DNA from: a virus
Lineage: Duplodnaviria; Caudoviricetes
IMG/VR virus record: IMGVR_UViG_2582581306_000002
Location: 1 to 64,000 of that record
Direction: 5' to 3' (one strand)
Length of the DNA stretch: 64,000 nt
The position numbers were made by a program, and so were the translations under genes. Positions 39,101 through 48,071 of the stretch are shown piece by piece (the first letter of the stretch is position 1; each line of letters starts with the position of its first letter). The notes beneath the pieces were generated by a model. The model saw only the letters and a list, made by a program, of their open reading frames with translations, had not been told where the DNA came from and did no database searches.

Positions 39101-42100
39101 GTAGCGTAGGCCGCAAAGGCTTCTGCCTCGACCTCGTGAGCCGTCATCTTCGCTGCCTGCTTCTCACGGCCGATCCGCTGCTGCACCATGCGTCGCAGAC
39201 GGCCAATTTCGGCCTTGAGGACAGCTTTCTCGGCATTTGACAGGAAGAGGTGCTGCAGGCGGTGGAAAGCCTCATGGTAGGCGTTCGTGGCGCTCGCCGT
39301 GTTTTCAGCGATGGCAATGACGTCCTGCCCGGGCGAGTAGAAGCCGCCGGCCGTCGTCGGCGTCGTCGTACCCCATGCTGCGGCGCCGTTCGGGAGGTCG
39401 ATGCGCTTCATCCACATCACATCGTTGAGGCCAGCGACCTTGCGGACGATGTCATTCACAGCTTGGATGTCAGCGGGGGAGCCGAGCCCTGTATCAGTGG
39501 AAGTATCGACATCTCCCCAGCCCATTGGGGCCGCGGCTTTGCGCTTTGGTGAGACAATTTTGACCCGGCTATCGTCGTAGATCACGTAATTGTAGGTGCC
39601 ATCTCCAGCATCGCGAGACGCGCCGTCGAGGAAACGGTGACCCGGGATGCCTGCCGCGCGCAATGCTTCGGAAGCCGCCTTGTCGGAGCCACGTTCCTTA
39701 ACGAGGCTTTCATAATAATCCTGAAAGGTTTGATCGAGGTTTAACCTGCCGGACAGCGCATTATTGAACTTTTCGCGAATACCTTCGAGCGTGGCACGCT
39801 GAGCCGGAGTGAGCTCGTACACAAGATCAAATTCTTCGTCTATGCCGAGGTCATCGCGAATGTAACGCTCTCCATGCTGTTGCCCTATTATATTGCCGGC
39901 AAGCGTGGAAAACCTTCTGATATCCGCTTTGGATGCCTTCCGAGCACCGGCTGGTGCCAACTTCTGAAGTATTTTCCGCACGCCCTCCGGCTGGTCCGAA
40001 ATATCACCATCCCACCATGCAAGTTCGCTATCCTCGGGAACATCGACCTCGAAAAGCTGCCCACCTCCCTCATGTTTGAGGTTTGCGCTTTTCAGCCAAT
40101 CCCGTCCGCCCTCGTAGAATGCCTTCATTCGGCCGGTGTCTGTTGCTGCAAACTGTTCGAGCTGCTCGATTGCCTCTGCAACACTCAGAACACCCAAGAG
40201 AGCATCCGTCCCGGCCTTCTCCTCGTTGGTCATTTTGGAGCGATCCAACGTTTTCACGTCGACGCCGTTGAGAAGGAAGCGACTGTTCCGGGTCAACATA
40301 CGCCTATAATGGTTCGCGACCTCCTTCTTGCCCGCAAAATAGAGGCCCCAACCGAACGACTGGTTGCCTTCGCCGGTACCAATCATCTCAGTGCTGAACT
40401 CATCGAAGTCTGAGCCTGTGCCATGGTAGGCCGCCTGAAACTCCGCATCTTCGGGCGGCTTTACATTCTCGGCAGCATCAACGTCTGCCGCAGACGACAT
40501 GCCGTCGAAGGCGGTGGCACGGGGATCGTATTTCACGCCCATGTACCAGGACTTCAAATAGGGCCGCGCGACGTCGCCGAGATCGGCCAGCATAGCCGTG
40601 GCAAATGCCGCGAAGGTGCGGGCGCCCTTTTCGATGTGATAACCGGCCAGCGTGACACCGGCCTGCAGGATTTCGGGATCGATGCCGCTGTTCAGCGTCG
40701 AGCCGGATAGTTTCTTGCGGAGCAGCGCGCGCGCCTTCTCCGCAGCGTCTTCGGTGAAAACGGTGTTTTCTGTCACCGGAAGTTTCTGCTTCGCTGGTGG
40801 CTTGGACGTCCGTGCCTCATGCTTCGCCTTCATGTCCGCGAGCGATTCCTTGAACTCCTTGCGGATCGCGTCGGCGAGCTGCTTGCCCTTGAGGACGATC
40901 CGGCGCTTGCCATCGTCCTTGTCGAGGATGAACGTGATGGCTGGCCCGGGGCGGGTCTCCACCATGTATTTGTTGCCACCGGCACCACCGGTACCGAATT
41001 TCTTCTCGACGAGCTCCAGCAGCTCCTTATCCTGCATTCCGGCTTTGACGGCTGCCGCGATGTCGTCATCGCCGCCATTGGTCTGGGTAAGGCGGCCAAG
41101 TGCATCGGAAATCGCATCATCTTCACTGCCCCAGACATCGTCCCAGGGATGATCGTCGGCGTTGAAGGCGCGCTTGACCTCTGGAACCGGCGTCTGCTCG
41201 ACGGTCGCCGCCTTTACCGACGGCGTGGCGTTAGTACCGCGCTTTCCTCCGACATCCCCGTTCCGAGGCGATAGTGAATCGTCGATGGGCACAGACCGAC
41301 CTGTTCCGCCCATGCTGTCAGGGTCTTGGTCTCCCCCCCGATCGTCATCATGTGGTTTTTCCGCATGTTGTGGGCTTGCTCCTTCTTTGTCGCCCAACGA
41401 AGGTTCCCCGGCTCGTAGTTTCCCTCGTTGTCTATCCGGTCCAGCTGATGTTTCGGTGTCGGCCTGTCCCCGACGATTTCCAGAAAGGTCGAGAACCTGC
41501 TCATCCTCGGATCTAGGGCGATCCCCCGCCCCCCGTAGTTGTGGTAGTACGGGCTCTTCGGGTTTTGCGTCCGGTCCAATATGTTGAGCCACGTCTTGTA
41601 CAGGGGATGCCTGCTCAGTCCGTGATATTCTCGCTGCCCCCTGGGGCGAGCGTGTTGCCTTGTCATCTTTGAGGAGTACCTTCAGGTCCTGGACCGACAT
41701 CTCAGTGATGTCGCCCATGCGGCGCGAAGCGGAGGCATCGGAAAAGCCCCGGCTGTAAATATCGACCGCGTCCGCACGATCTGATGCGCCAAGTATAACC
41801 TTCAACTCGTCGAAACGTCCAGTGTCCGGGTCGATCTGATCGACAACAAACGCAGGGTTCTCGTCGGAGATATCCGATGTTCCGGCTTTCACGTACAGAT
41901 CGACATGATCGCCATCGGCACCGGTGGTTCCCCTGAAATATCCGTAGTGCGCCGGCATCGTAACCGACCACGGTTTACCGTCTGGGCCTGTTCCCTTACG
42001 CTCCGAACCAACCGGATTTTCAATCGAAATATCCAGCCCACCCAGCCGAATGTGGCCCTTTTTGTAATTTCCTTCTTTTTGCTGTGCTTCCGTCGGCTCT

Positions 42101-45100
42101 GGAAGATCATTCAGTGGAGATGTCGCTGCAGCATGCGCCTCGGTGTCGACATTGGAGATCGCGTTAGCCGGTACCAAGGCGTTCAGTTTCTTCCTGACCC
42201 CGCCGGAATGACCGGCCCAATCCAGCTTTTCAGACCGTTTGATGCCGGCGGTATCGAGCACGACGCGACGCTCGTCCGGCGACATCGCATCCCACCAGAC
42301 CTGCGCCTCGTCGATCGGCGCCACTGGTTCGTCTATTGCGCCGCTGCGACGGTGCTCCGACTGCCACTCCTTCAGGCGCTTGTCGTTGACCGGCGGCATC
42401 TTGATCGCCAGTTTCGACCGGGCTTCCTTGGCGGCGCGCTCGACGCGGTACCGGAAGTCATCACTGAGCTGACCCAGTGCCTGCGAATCGATCTCGAACT
42501 CCTTGGCGAGCAGCCGCTGTTCCGCCGGCAGCGCCTCGTCCATGCCGAGTTGGCTGGTCCCCATGATCCGCTTGCTGGTCAGACGCTCCTTGCCGAGGTC
42601 GTAGAGGCGGGCATGCAAGGCGTCGGGCATGGACACCGTTTTGTCACCGAGACGGCGATCGGTGCCGGTCAGCACAGGCGTTTCCCGCTCGACCGGCGGA
42701 TTGCGCTTCAACTCCTGCTCTTCGACCTGCTTCGCATTGAGCTTGCTGACAAACAGCGCCGCGGCGGGCACCTGGTAGGATTGGCCTGCATCGTTGGTCA
42801 CGAGGACCTCGGTCGCGCCTTCCTCGTAGGAACCGACCTTGGCCGAAAACCTGCCGAGCTCCGGCGTATCGACGATGACGCGCTGACCCGGCTGCGGTGC
42901 CGACGGCAGTTTCTCAAGCGCAGGCATCTGCTCGCTACGTGGCGGCAATTCGCTGGTGATTTCACCGGCAACGGGCTCCTGCGGGCGCAGTGCCTCATCG
43001 TCCGAGGATTCGGGCAAAGCGTCGCGCGTCGGCAGCAACGAGCCCGACGGTGGTTTCGCGATCTCGGTCAACTGGCCCAGCGGGATCTGGTAGACCTCGC
43101 CGCTTCCGCTATCGACGACGACGGCCTCGTCGCCCTCGTAGCCTTCGACGGTCGCCATGAAGGGCTCGACACCGTCGGCATCGACGCGCACCGTGGCACC
43201 TTGAGCCGGACGGATGCCGCTCGAAGCTGCCGCAGCTGCTGCGACCTGCGCGCCGATACCATGCTCCTGCTGCTGCCGGACCGCTTGCGTTTCGCCGTGT
43301 TCCAGCGCTCGCGCAAGCGGCCCAGCCCGCCTTGCCCCCGCAGGCGGTGCCTGTTGGGTCGCTGGTGAAGCGACCTGTTCGTCGATTTCGTTGCTGATCT
43401 CGGCAGAGGCTGGGCTGATTGCCCCACCAGCACCACCCAGCCCGCCGCCCATGGCTGCGCCGGCAGCGAGCCCGCCCGCAGCTGCCTCCGCGACACCCTC
43501 GGTTAGATTTTGGCTTGGATCGACCGTCTGCACGGCCGCGTTTTCAGCGACCTTCTGCGATGCACTCTGTGGGAGTTCTTCGAGGATGCCCTCACCGGCC
43601 GCACCGCGACCGGCTCCAACCAGAAGACGTTTCGCGACGGTACCGCCGACGCCTTCCGCAATAATCTTGGCGAGAGCACGGTCACCAAGACCGCCGAATG
43701 CGCCGGTTGTTACACCGGCTACCAAAAAAGCTTGCGAGGCGGCGTCATCTGTTATCGAGGCAATAGCTTCGTCCGGCGACATTCCCTGAGAAATAAGTGC
43801 CTTGACGGAATCAGCCTCCAACAACTGATCGCGAGGTATCTCCGCGATACGATCGCGTACTTCTATCGCTGACTGTCCCCCTCCAAGGCCGCCCTCACCG
43901 ACGGCGCCAGCGACAAGCGCTGTCTTCGCGGCTGTTGCAGCTGCGGCCTTCTCGCCCAGGCCACCCACGATCGCTGCGGTGTAGGCACCCCGCGCCAAAA
44001 GCGCGCTTGGCCCCATCGTGGCCAGCGTGCTCGGTGCAGATTCGGCTATCGCGCCGAGGTAACTGTCAGGATCCGACCATGCAGGTCCAAGCGTACCCTT
44101 CTCGCTGTCCCACCACGTCTTGTTGTAGCTGACTTTGCCGGCCTCGGTGACAGATGCTCGGGCTGTCGTCGCGTAGTCACGGAGCCGCTGTTCAACAGGT
44201 TTTCCCGTTACCCACTCATCCACAGCGTCCAGACCGCCGACGATCGATGGACCGACCTTGGGTATCATTCCCACAACAGCGCGCACCGTTCGGCCCAGAT
44301 CTGCGTTCCCGGCACCAACCTTTCGGGCGAGGTCACCACCGCGACCAGTCGATCGGTTCTCTTTTTCCCATTCTGCCTTCCACGCCTCGTATTCCACCTC
44401 GGACATGGTGAGGTATTTTCCAGGCTCACGTGTATCTAGGGCTGCATGGGTCTCTTCTATCAGCTGATTTTCAGCAGCGACGCCTGCCCCAGCACCACCG
44501 GCGGCAGACCGAGCCTTTGCAGCCGCCTCGGCCTCTTTCACCGACTTGAAGCGCTCGAACGTCTGTCCGTTCGCCTGCTCATAGGCCTGCATTGTGCGAA
44601 GGATGTTGTCCTCGTCGCCGGCGTCGAACTGCACTGGCCCCTTTGGACCCATCCACAACGATGGGACGTTGACCCACTCGCCGCTTGGGAGCTGCCACGT
44701 GGTGGAAATCTCGGTCGAATAGCTGCCGTCCGCGTTCGGGCGCTGCTCGTCTGGCCTGAACGGTCGCAACTGGGCAGTAGATGCAGCCATTTCCTTGAAC
44801 GGATTGGCCTCACCGTACAGTTTCATGTCGTCTTTCGGCTGGAAGTCGCCGGAGACAGGGATACCGCCCTTTTCGGCGTTCGTCGTGCCTTCCGCCTGCG
44901 CGACTGCCTGCGGAGCCCCTCCTGCCGCGACATCCTGAAACCAGCGCGGAGCCTTGTTCATGTTCCTGTTGGTCTTGTCGTGCATGAACCAGGTGGAACC
45001 GTCTCCCTTCTGGTCCTTCAGATCGACGTGCAGCATGTCCGGTGAATCGGTATAGGTGATGAACCGCTTCGCACCGCGCGCGCGGAGATCCTGCACCAGT

Positions 45101-46131
45101 GCGGCCCGCTCCTGGTCGGACATGCCCTTCATGGAGATGTCGGACGCATCGCCGCGCGAATGTTCACCGGGGCCACCGGCCTTGGCAGCCTCAACACGGT
45201 GCTGCGGCGACCGGAAGCCGGAAAGCACGGTTAGATCGCGACCGAGCGCTTTGGACGAATCGACCAGGATGCTTTCGAACGCCGGCGCCAGCTTGTTCTG
45301 CTCCGGATGGCTGAAAAACAGTTTCCCGCCACTGCCGGCCGGCGCTTCCTCTTCGGGCCGCACCAGACGGGCAAGACCTTTCGCTGAAGGATTCGGCACA
45401 TAGCTGCTCGACTGGTCAGTTGCCGCCGCACGCGCCGCTGTCTCCTTGTCCACCGCCGCAAACGGGTCTTTGCCACCATAGAGCCCGAGGCCATCCTTGA
45501 CCTCGAACCCCTCGCCGATCGTCACGCCGCCCGCCGGCGCCGCAGCTTCCTGCCGCTTACCCGTGGACGAATAGTAGGTATGGCCGCCGATCTTCGTGGT
45601 CACCGGCATGGTCTTGGCCCAATCCGGCGACACATAGCCGGCATGGAAGTGATCAGCACCGCCGGTCGGGTCTTGCAGCGTGCCATCAAACACGCCCTGC
45701 ACGATCTTCTCCGCCTCGCTGCGGATCATGGGATTGCGCTGCGCTTCCCGGGAACCCTCACGCGGGTTTTCATAACCCTCGAACTGCGACGGCTGGCGAA
45801 CAACATCTGCTGGCGAGATACCGCGAGCTGCTGCCCGGTTCTTGATGACAGACGCGACGCCCACCATGCCCTGGGGACCGTCACCGGCCGCCTCGGCGAT
45901 GACGGTATCCACCATGTCGTTCCAATCCTTCGCGTCGAACGACGTGTTCTTGTTCACGACGCGGGATGGGAGCTCTTGTGTGTTGGTGCCAGGTGTCTGG
46001 GTGTTGACCGCGCGCGTCGTGCTCTCGGCAGGCTTCGGGTTCAGCCCGCCACCGCCATAGAGGCCGAGCGGGTCTTTGAACTCAGAAGCGTCCTTGGAAT
46101 TGCCGAGACCGATGACAATGGGGGGGGGCAT
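36118..46131 (-). CDS. Giant polyvalent virion protein (cell-wall hydrolase, M15-like peptidase, inorganic-pyrophosphatase-like, ART-PolyVal, metallopeptidase, PLxRFG domains)
   Basis: DPTGGADHFH; HSRGDASD..HVD; GNYKKGH..IENP..DGDHVD; AYHGT..GWGLYFA; HEAFH; YFPLGRFG. Confidence 0.9.
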   Translation of the reverse strand: MPPPIVIGLGNSKDASEFKDPLGLYGGGGLNPKPAESTTRAVNTQTPGTNTQELPSRVVNKNTSFDAKDWNDMVDTVIAEAAGDGPQGMVGVASVIKNRAAARGISPADVVRQPSQFEGYENPREGSREAQRNPMIRSEAEKIVQGVFDGTLQDPTGGADHFHAGYVSPDWAKTMPVTTKIGGHTYYSSTGKRQEAAAPAGGVTIGEGFEVKDGLGLYGGKDPFAAVDKETAARAAATDQSSSYVPNPSAKGLARLVRPEEEAPAGSGGKLFFSHPEQNKLAPAFESILVDSSKALGRDLTVLSGFRSPQHRVEAAKAGGPGEHSRGDASDISMKGMSDQERAALVQDLRARGAKRFITYTDSPDMLHVDLKDQKGDGSTWFMHDKTNRNMNKAPRWFQDVAAGGAPQAVAQAEGTTNAEKGGIPVSGDFQPKDDMKLYGEANPFKEMAASTAQLRPFRPDEQRPNADGSYSTEISTTWQLPSGEWVNVPSLWMGPKGPVQFDAGDEDNILRTMQAYEQANGQTFERFKSVKEAEAAAKARSAAGGAGAGVAAENQLIEETHAALDTREPGKYLTMSEVEYEAWKAEWEKENRSTGRGGDLARKVGAGNADLGRTVRAVVGMIPKVGPSIVGGLDAVDEWVTGKPVEQRLRDYATTARASVTEAGKVSYNKTWWDSEKGTLGPAWSDPDSYLGAIAESAPSTLATMGPSALLARGAYTAAIVGGLGEKAAAATAAKTALVAGAVGEGGLGGGQSAIEVRDRIAEIPRDQLLEADSVKALISQGMSPDEAIASITDDAASQAFLVAGVTTGAFGGLGDRALAKIIAEGVGGTVAKRLLVGAGRGAAGEGILEELPQSASQKVAENAAVQTVDPSQNLTEGVAEAAAGGLAAGAAMGGGLGGAGGAISPASAEISNEIDEQVASPATQQAPPAGARRAGPLARALEHGETQAVRQQQEHGIGAQVAAAAAASSGIRPAQGATVRVDADGVEPFMATVEGYEGDEAVVVDSGSGEVYQIPLGQLTEIAKPPSGSLLPTRDALPESSDDEALRPQEPVAGEITSELPPRSEQMPALEKLPSAPQPGQRVIVDTPELGRFSAKVGSYEEGATEVLVTNDAGQSYQVPAAALFVSKLNAKQVEEQELKRNPPVERETPVLTGTDRRLGDKTVSMPDALHARLYDLGKERLTSKRIMGTSQLGMDEALPAEQRLLAKEFEIDSQALGQLSDDFRYRVERAAKEARSKLAIKMPPVNDKRLKEWQSEHRRSGAIDEPVAPIDEAQVWWDAMSPDERRVVLDTAGIKRSEKLDWAGHSGGVRKKLNALVPANAISNVDTEAHAAATSPLNDLPEPTEAQQKEGNYKKGHIRLGGLDISIENPVGSERKGTGPDGKPWSVTMPAHYGYFRGTTGADGDHVDLYVKAGTSDISDENPAFVVDQIDPDTGRFDELKVILGASDRADAVDIYSRGFSDASASRRMGDITEMSVQDLKVLLKDDKATRSPQGAARISRTEQASPVQDVAQHIGPDAKPEEPVLPQLRGAGDRPRSEDEQVLDLSGNRRGQADTETSAGPDRQRGKLRAGEPSLGDKEGASPQHAEKPHDDDRGGDQDPDSMGGTGRSVPIDDSLSPRNGDVGGKRGTNATPSVKAATVEQTPVPEVKRAFNADDHPWDDVWGSEDDAISDALGRLTQTNGGDDDIAAAVKAGMQDKELLELVEKKFGTGGAGGNKYMVETRPGPAITFILDKDDGKRRIVLKGKQLADAIRKEFKESLADMKAKHEARTSKPPAKQKLPVTENTVFTEDAAEKARALLRKKLSGSTLNSGIDPEILQAGVTLAGYHIEKGARTFAAFATAMLADLGDVARPYLKSWYMGVKYDPRATAFDGMSSAADVDAAENVKPPEDAEFQAAYHGTGSDFDEFSTEMIGTGEGNQSFGWGLYFAGKKEVANHYRRMLTRNSRFLLNGVDVKTLDRSKMTNEEKAGTDALLGVLSVAEAIEQLEQFAATDTGRMKAFYEGGRDWLKSANLKHEGGGQLFEVDVPEDSELAWWDGDISDQPEGVRKILQKLAPAGARKASKADIRRFSTLAGNIIGQQHGERYIRDDLGIDEEFDLVYELTPAQRATLEGIREKFNNALSGRLNLDQTFQDYYESLVKERGSDKAASEALRAAGIPGHRFLDGASRDAGDGTYNYVIYDDSRVKIVSPKRKAAAPMGWGDVDTSTDTGLGSPADIQAVNDIVRKVAGLNDVMWMKRIDLPNGAAAWGTTTPTTAGGFYSPGQDVIAIAENTASATNAYHEAFHRLQHLFLSNAEKAVLKAEIGRLRRMVQQRIGREKQAAKMTAHEVEAEAFAAYATGVSTIKPHTALRAAWDRILKAIRQVQNFLQGRGFQTAEDVFDRAKSGAIAQRTPVSKPKVEATQFSIAEDSDRLIPTPGAIASALSGKLTDIQPAMLKTIPLNYFPELARPNMTAVGDYLRVKRLLDTYRGKKHEKAGEVVEQWRKVISTGYLGKDKSRAAQISSLMHDATLAGVDPSLTDAETIAKTGYDALRKQYLALPVKARELFSTVRDTYRQQAEELDQLLLDNVRKAQQIALDRAEADYQKNIADLDKKNLTAKTRKAKEAELATQYKEQKTRAQWTMKARMTKMRIAFENSRVPAPYFPLGRFGRYFVAVRDVDGETLYFSKHETAHERDQTATRVQKAYPAGTVKVGVTENSSELRQAMDPRIVAEIETLLGDAGAAPELQDAIWQRYLESMPELSARKRFIHRKGTAGYHEDAMRVFANALFHGAHQMGKIKYGLELQELTNKAKDQAEEADDQTRAMTLANELAKRHDWVMNPTGSEWAQWMTSVAFVYYLAASPAAAMVNLTQTVMLGVPILGAKYGGVAKSSAALLRASKDFVVSKGRLMGSSTTDDEKRAMEAFYESGLIDRTQSYDLAGAGQNGINQTSIRAKTMKVISWAFQQAEVVNRSVTALAAYRMARAAGRTEPDAIDAAHELTLKTHFDYSNSSRPAIMQNDFAKVALVFRQYQINYLYRVFRDIHQSLKGESAAVRKEARYQLAGVVGMMSLLAGVTGTIGFNLVMALASAIFGDDDDPMDFEQQFRKSVQDILGPELGGIVLNGAPGHYLGIDLTSRIGMPDLWFRSPSRDLQGKSEYEYWALQSLGASVSMIGQFWQGFSVIKDEGNVARGLEVAAPKFIRDLLKTYRYAQEGVTSARGDEILPANQIDYHDLVAQFLGFTPAKVAETWDRNISLKNAEQAILDKRRMLMNRFAMAVTMKDDEARKEAIADIKKFNAVPVNGPLAITAETLKRSLKTRARNAAKREDGVLIGNPALGKSLREKLPDPIYR
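41214..41666 (-). CDS. HNH homing endonuclease nested in the +1 frame of the giant gene
   Basis: HGLS..LYKTW...NP...YHNYGGRGI...F..F...GDRP...LDRIDNEGNYEPGNLRWAT..EQ..N...TLTAWAE..G. Confidence 0.8.
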   Translation of the reverse strand: MTRQHARPRGQREYHGLSRHPLYKTWLNILDRTQNPKSPYYHNYGGRGIALDPRMSRFSTFLEIVGDRPTPKHQLDRIDNEGNYEPGNLRWATKKEQAHNMRKNHMMTIGGETKTLTAWAEQVGLCPSTIHYRLGTGMSEESAVLTPRRR

Positions 46132-46169
46132 TTATGGCGGCTCCTGAGAAGAAGCCGCACGTCATGCGC
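46129..46169 (-). promoter_or_regulatory. Late-leader RNA switch, copy 4 (giant gene)
   Basis: GCGCAUGACGUGC; GCGGCUUCU-UCUC-AGGAGCCGC hairpin; upstream TTCCAA-N17-TATAAC. Confidence 0.75.
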
Positions 46170-46469
46170 GGTCGATGCGCAGTTATAGAATGAGCGGGAG
46201 CGATTTGGAAGCGCACGCCTTTGAACGATGTCAAATACGTGATGGTAACGTTAAAATTAACGATTGGTGCGCCGCTCGGCTCCGCCTATAGTGAGGGCAG
46301 GTCAGGGAAACGGAGTGCTGATAACACATCGATACCGTCCCCTGACCTTGGCGCTATGCCCGCAGTTGGCGAGAGGTGGATGCAACCATCTCTCGCCGAT
46401 TTGCTTGCTTAACATTATGCAGGCATTCCGACTGCGGCGCAAATGATATCATTGCCATTACATCGTGTG

Positions 46470-46504
46470 AAAAAGTGAAAGAGCCCGCCGTTGCTGACGG
46501 GCTC
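46470..46504 (-). terminator. Intrinsic terminator
   Basis: GAGCCCGTC..GGCGGGCTC then TTTCACTTTTT on minus strand. Confidence 0.7.
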
Positions 46505-46817
46505 ACCATCGGAACGTCCATCTGGCTCCCAGCTTTCCAGACGCCCAATAAGTCTCCGGAACGTGACCGCAACCACCCTTCACCGACGCCGGTTCGCCGT
46601 CCGATCGCAAAGCCAGCATTCCGAGCAGCCGATCGGCGCCGCTTCGAAACACTCCGGTTCTAGGCTCCGGTGCTATCCTTTGGGGCAGCTTCCGTCCCCA
46701 TACCTTCACACCTTCAACGCCCTCCCCGGCTCAGGGATCTCTGTTACTTCGGCGCCGGAGTGAAATCGACGTAGAACGTGTCGCCGACCTCGAACCTACC
46801 GGCCGCGTCGACCATCG

Positions 46818-47093
46818 CTAAACCCTCGGCGGCCAGTGCCACGTGCCGATTTCGCCGCCTTCCGAATACATCACCGAGCCACGGTGCGCGACGACACCAG
46901 CGTCGTTGCTGCCGTCCAGGAACAGCTGCAGGTTCGACATGCCGGAATGCGGATCGTCTTCGAGGATGTCACGGTATGCACGCGTGACGATGGCGGCGCG
47001 GATCTGACCCGTCGCCAGCACGTAATGCACAATGCGGCCAACTGTCACCGGCTGGTTGAACTTCGTGCCGAAATCCTGCTGTTGTTCAGCCAT
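46818..47093 (-). CDS. Phage hypothetical protein
   Basis: TVGRIVHY..AAIVT..NLQLF.DG..WHWPPRV. Confidence 0.75.
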   Translation of the reverse strand: MAEQQQDFGTKFNQPVTVGRIVHYVLATGQIRAAIVTRAYRDILEDDPHSGMSNLQLFLDGSNDAGVVAHRGSVMYSEGGEIGTWHWPPRV

Positions 47094-47526
47094 TGTAGCG
47101 CTCCTGCAAGGCTTTCCTGATGGTGCCCGAAAGGTCGCGGGCGGACGGGAAGCGGAGGCGTTCGTCGCCGGGGCCAAAACCGTGCTGCTGCTGCTCGCCC
47201 TTTGCAAGGGCAGTGGCAACGGCAAACGCCATTTCCTCGCTGTCATACTCGGCGCTGTCCGTGTACGCCGACGGCACGCTGTTCCCGGTCAGATCGAAGC
47301 GACGGGCGACGTAGCGCACGACGGCAACGACTTCATAAAGGACTTCGGGCTGAACCGCCTTTTCGCTGGCGCAATCCGTGTCCTGCATGGGCGGCGTCGG
47401 CGGCACGTTGCCGGTAACGTACTGTTCAAGAGTTTGCGCAGCGGCAACCCTTTCGTGAGCGCTCAACATTGGGTGGTTGACCAATTCGAGGATTTCAATG
47501 CGCTGATGTGGCTGCAGAGTTGACAT
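47086..47526 (-). CDS. Phage hypothetical protein
   Basis: GGAG SD; Y.V.AV.RY..RF motif. Confidence 0.55.
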   Translation of the reverse strand: MSTLQPHQRIEILELVNHPMLSAHERVAAAQTLEQYVTGNVPPTPPMQDTDCASEKAVQPEVLYEVVAVVRYVARRFDLTGNSVPSAYTDSAEYDSEEMAFAVATALAKGEQQQHGFGPGDERLRFPSARDLSGTIRKALQERYNG

Positions 47527-47621
47527 TTTGGGGCTCCTGTCACTGCCTCTGCCCTCGATCGAGCACAGGAAGAGACAGAAGCGGACCGGCGGGTCCGCTT
47601 CCATTGCAGTCCACTAAGGCG

Positions 47622-47933
47622 TCAGCAGCGCCGGCGGACTTCGATGAAGTTCAGTGCGTCCGTCGCCATCGCTTCCGCGTATTCCGGTTTCAGGATGTCG
47701 ATACTTCGGTAACTGCCCGGGCGGGTGACGTCCGGCTTTTCGACCGTCGCGACGGCCGTCTCGATCAGGCTGAAATCGTGCACCATGACGGCGATGTCGT
47801 CGAACGGCGACGCCTGGTAGATGCGGAGCACGTCGTTACCGACATAGGCGGAGGCCGGCGCGGCGAAGACGAACATCGCAGCGATCGCCGCGAAGCTGGA
47901 TAGGATGAAAATTCGGAGAGGCATGCGGTTCAT
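47622..47933 (-). CDS. Secreted hypothetical protein
   Basis: Signal peptide ending APASA. Confidence 0.6.
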   Translation of the reverse strand: MNRMPLRIFILSSFAAIAAMFVFAAPASAYVGNDVLRIYQASPFDDIAVMVHDFSLIETAVATVEKPDVTRPGSYRSIDILKPEYAEAMATDALNFIEVRRRC

Positions 47934-47956
47934 GCGAAAGCCTTTCTGTATGGGAA

Positions 47957-48033
47957 TGGTTGCGGGGGTAGGATTTGAACCTACGACCTTCAGGTTATGA
48001 GCCTGATGAGCTACCGAACTGCTCCACCCCACG
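47957..48033 (-). tRNA. tRNA-Met (CAT), initiator type
   Basis: CGTGGGGTGGAGCAG...TCAGG-CTCATAA-CCTGA...GGTTCAAATCC...GCAACCA; C1:A72 mismatch. Confidence 0.93.
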
Positions 48034-48071
48034 CACTGACCAGAATTCCACCGAGCGTTTTTGTCAACACG

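Noticed and set aside
41214-41666. Intein or group I intron explanation for the nested HNH
   Set aside because: HNH is out of frame with the host, no intein terminal motifs are seen, and flanks are coding-like; splicing is not formally excluded without RT-PCR
37042-43368. Long plus-strand ORFs (37042-39240, 41905-43368)
   Set aside because: Antisense shadows of the GC-rich giant gene; no motifs
46744-46815. 23-aa ORF ending FYVDFTPAPK
   Set aside because: Looks like a C-terminal remnant of a phage protein; too short to call
47934-48032. N-terminal extension of ORF 47622-48032
   Set aside because: It is the tRNA-Met sequence; the likely start is 47933
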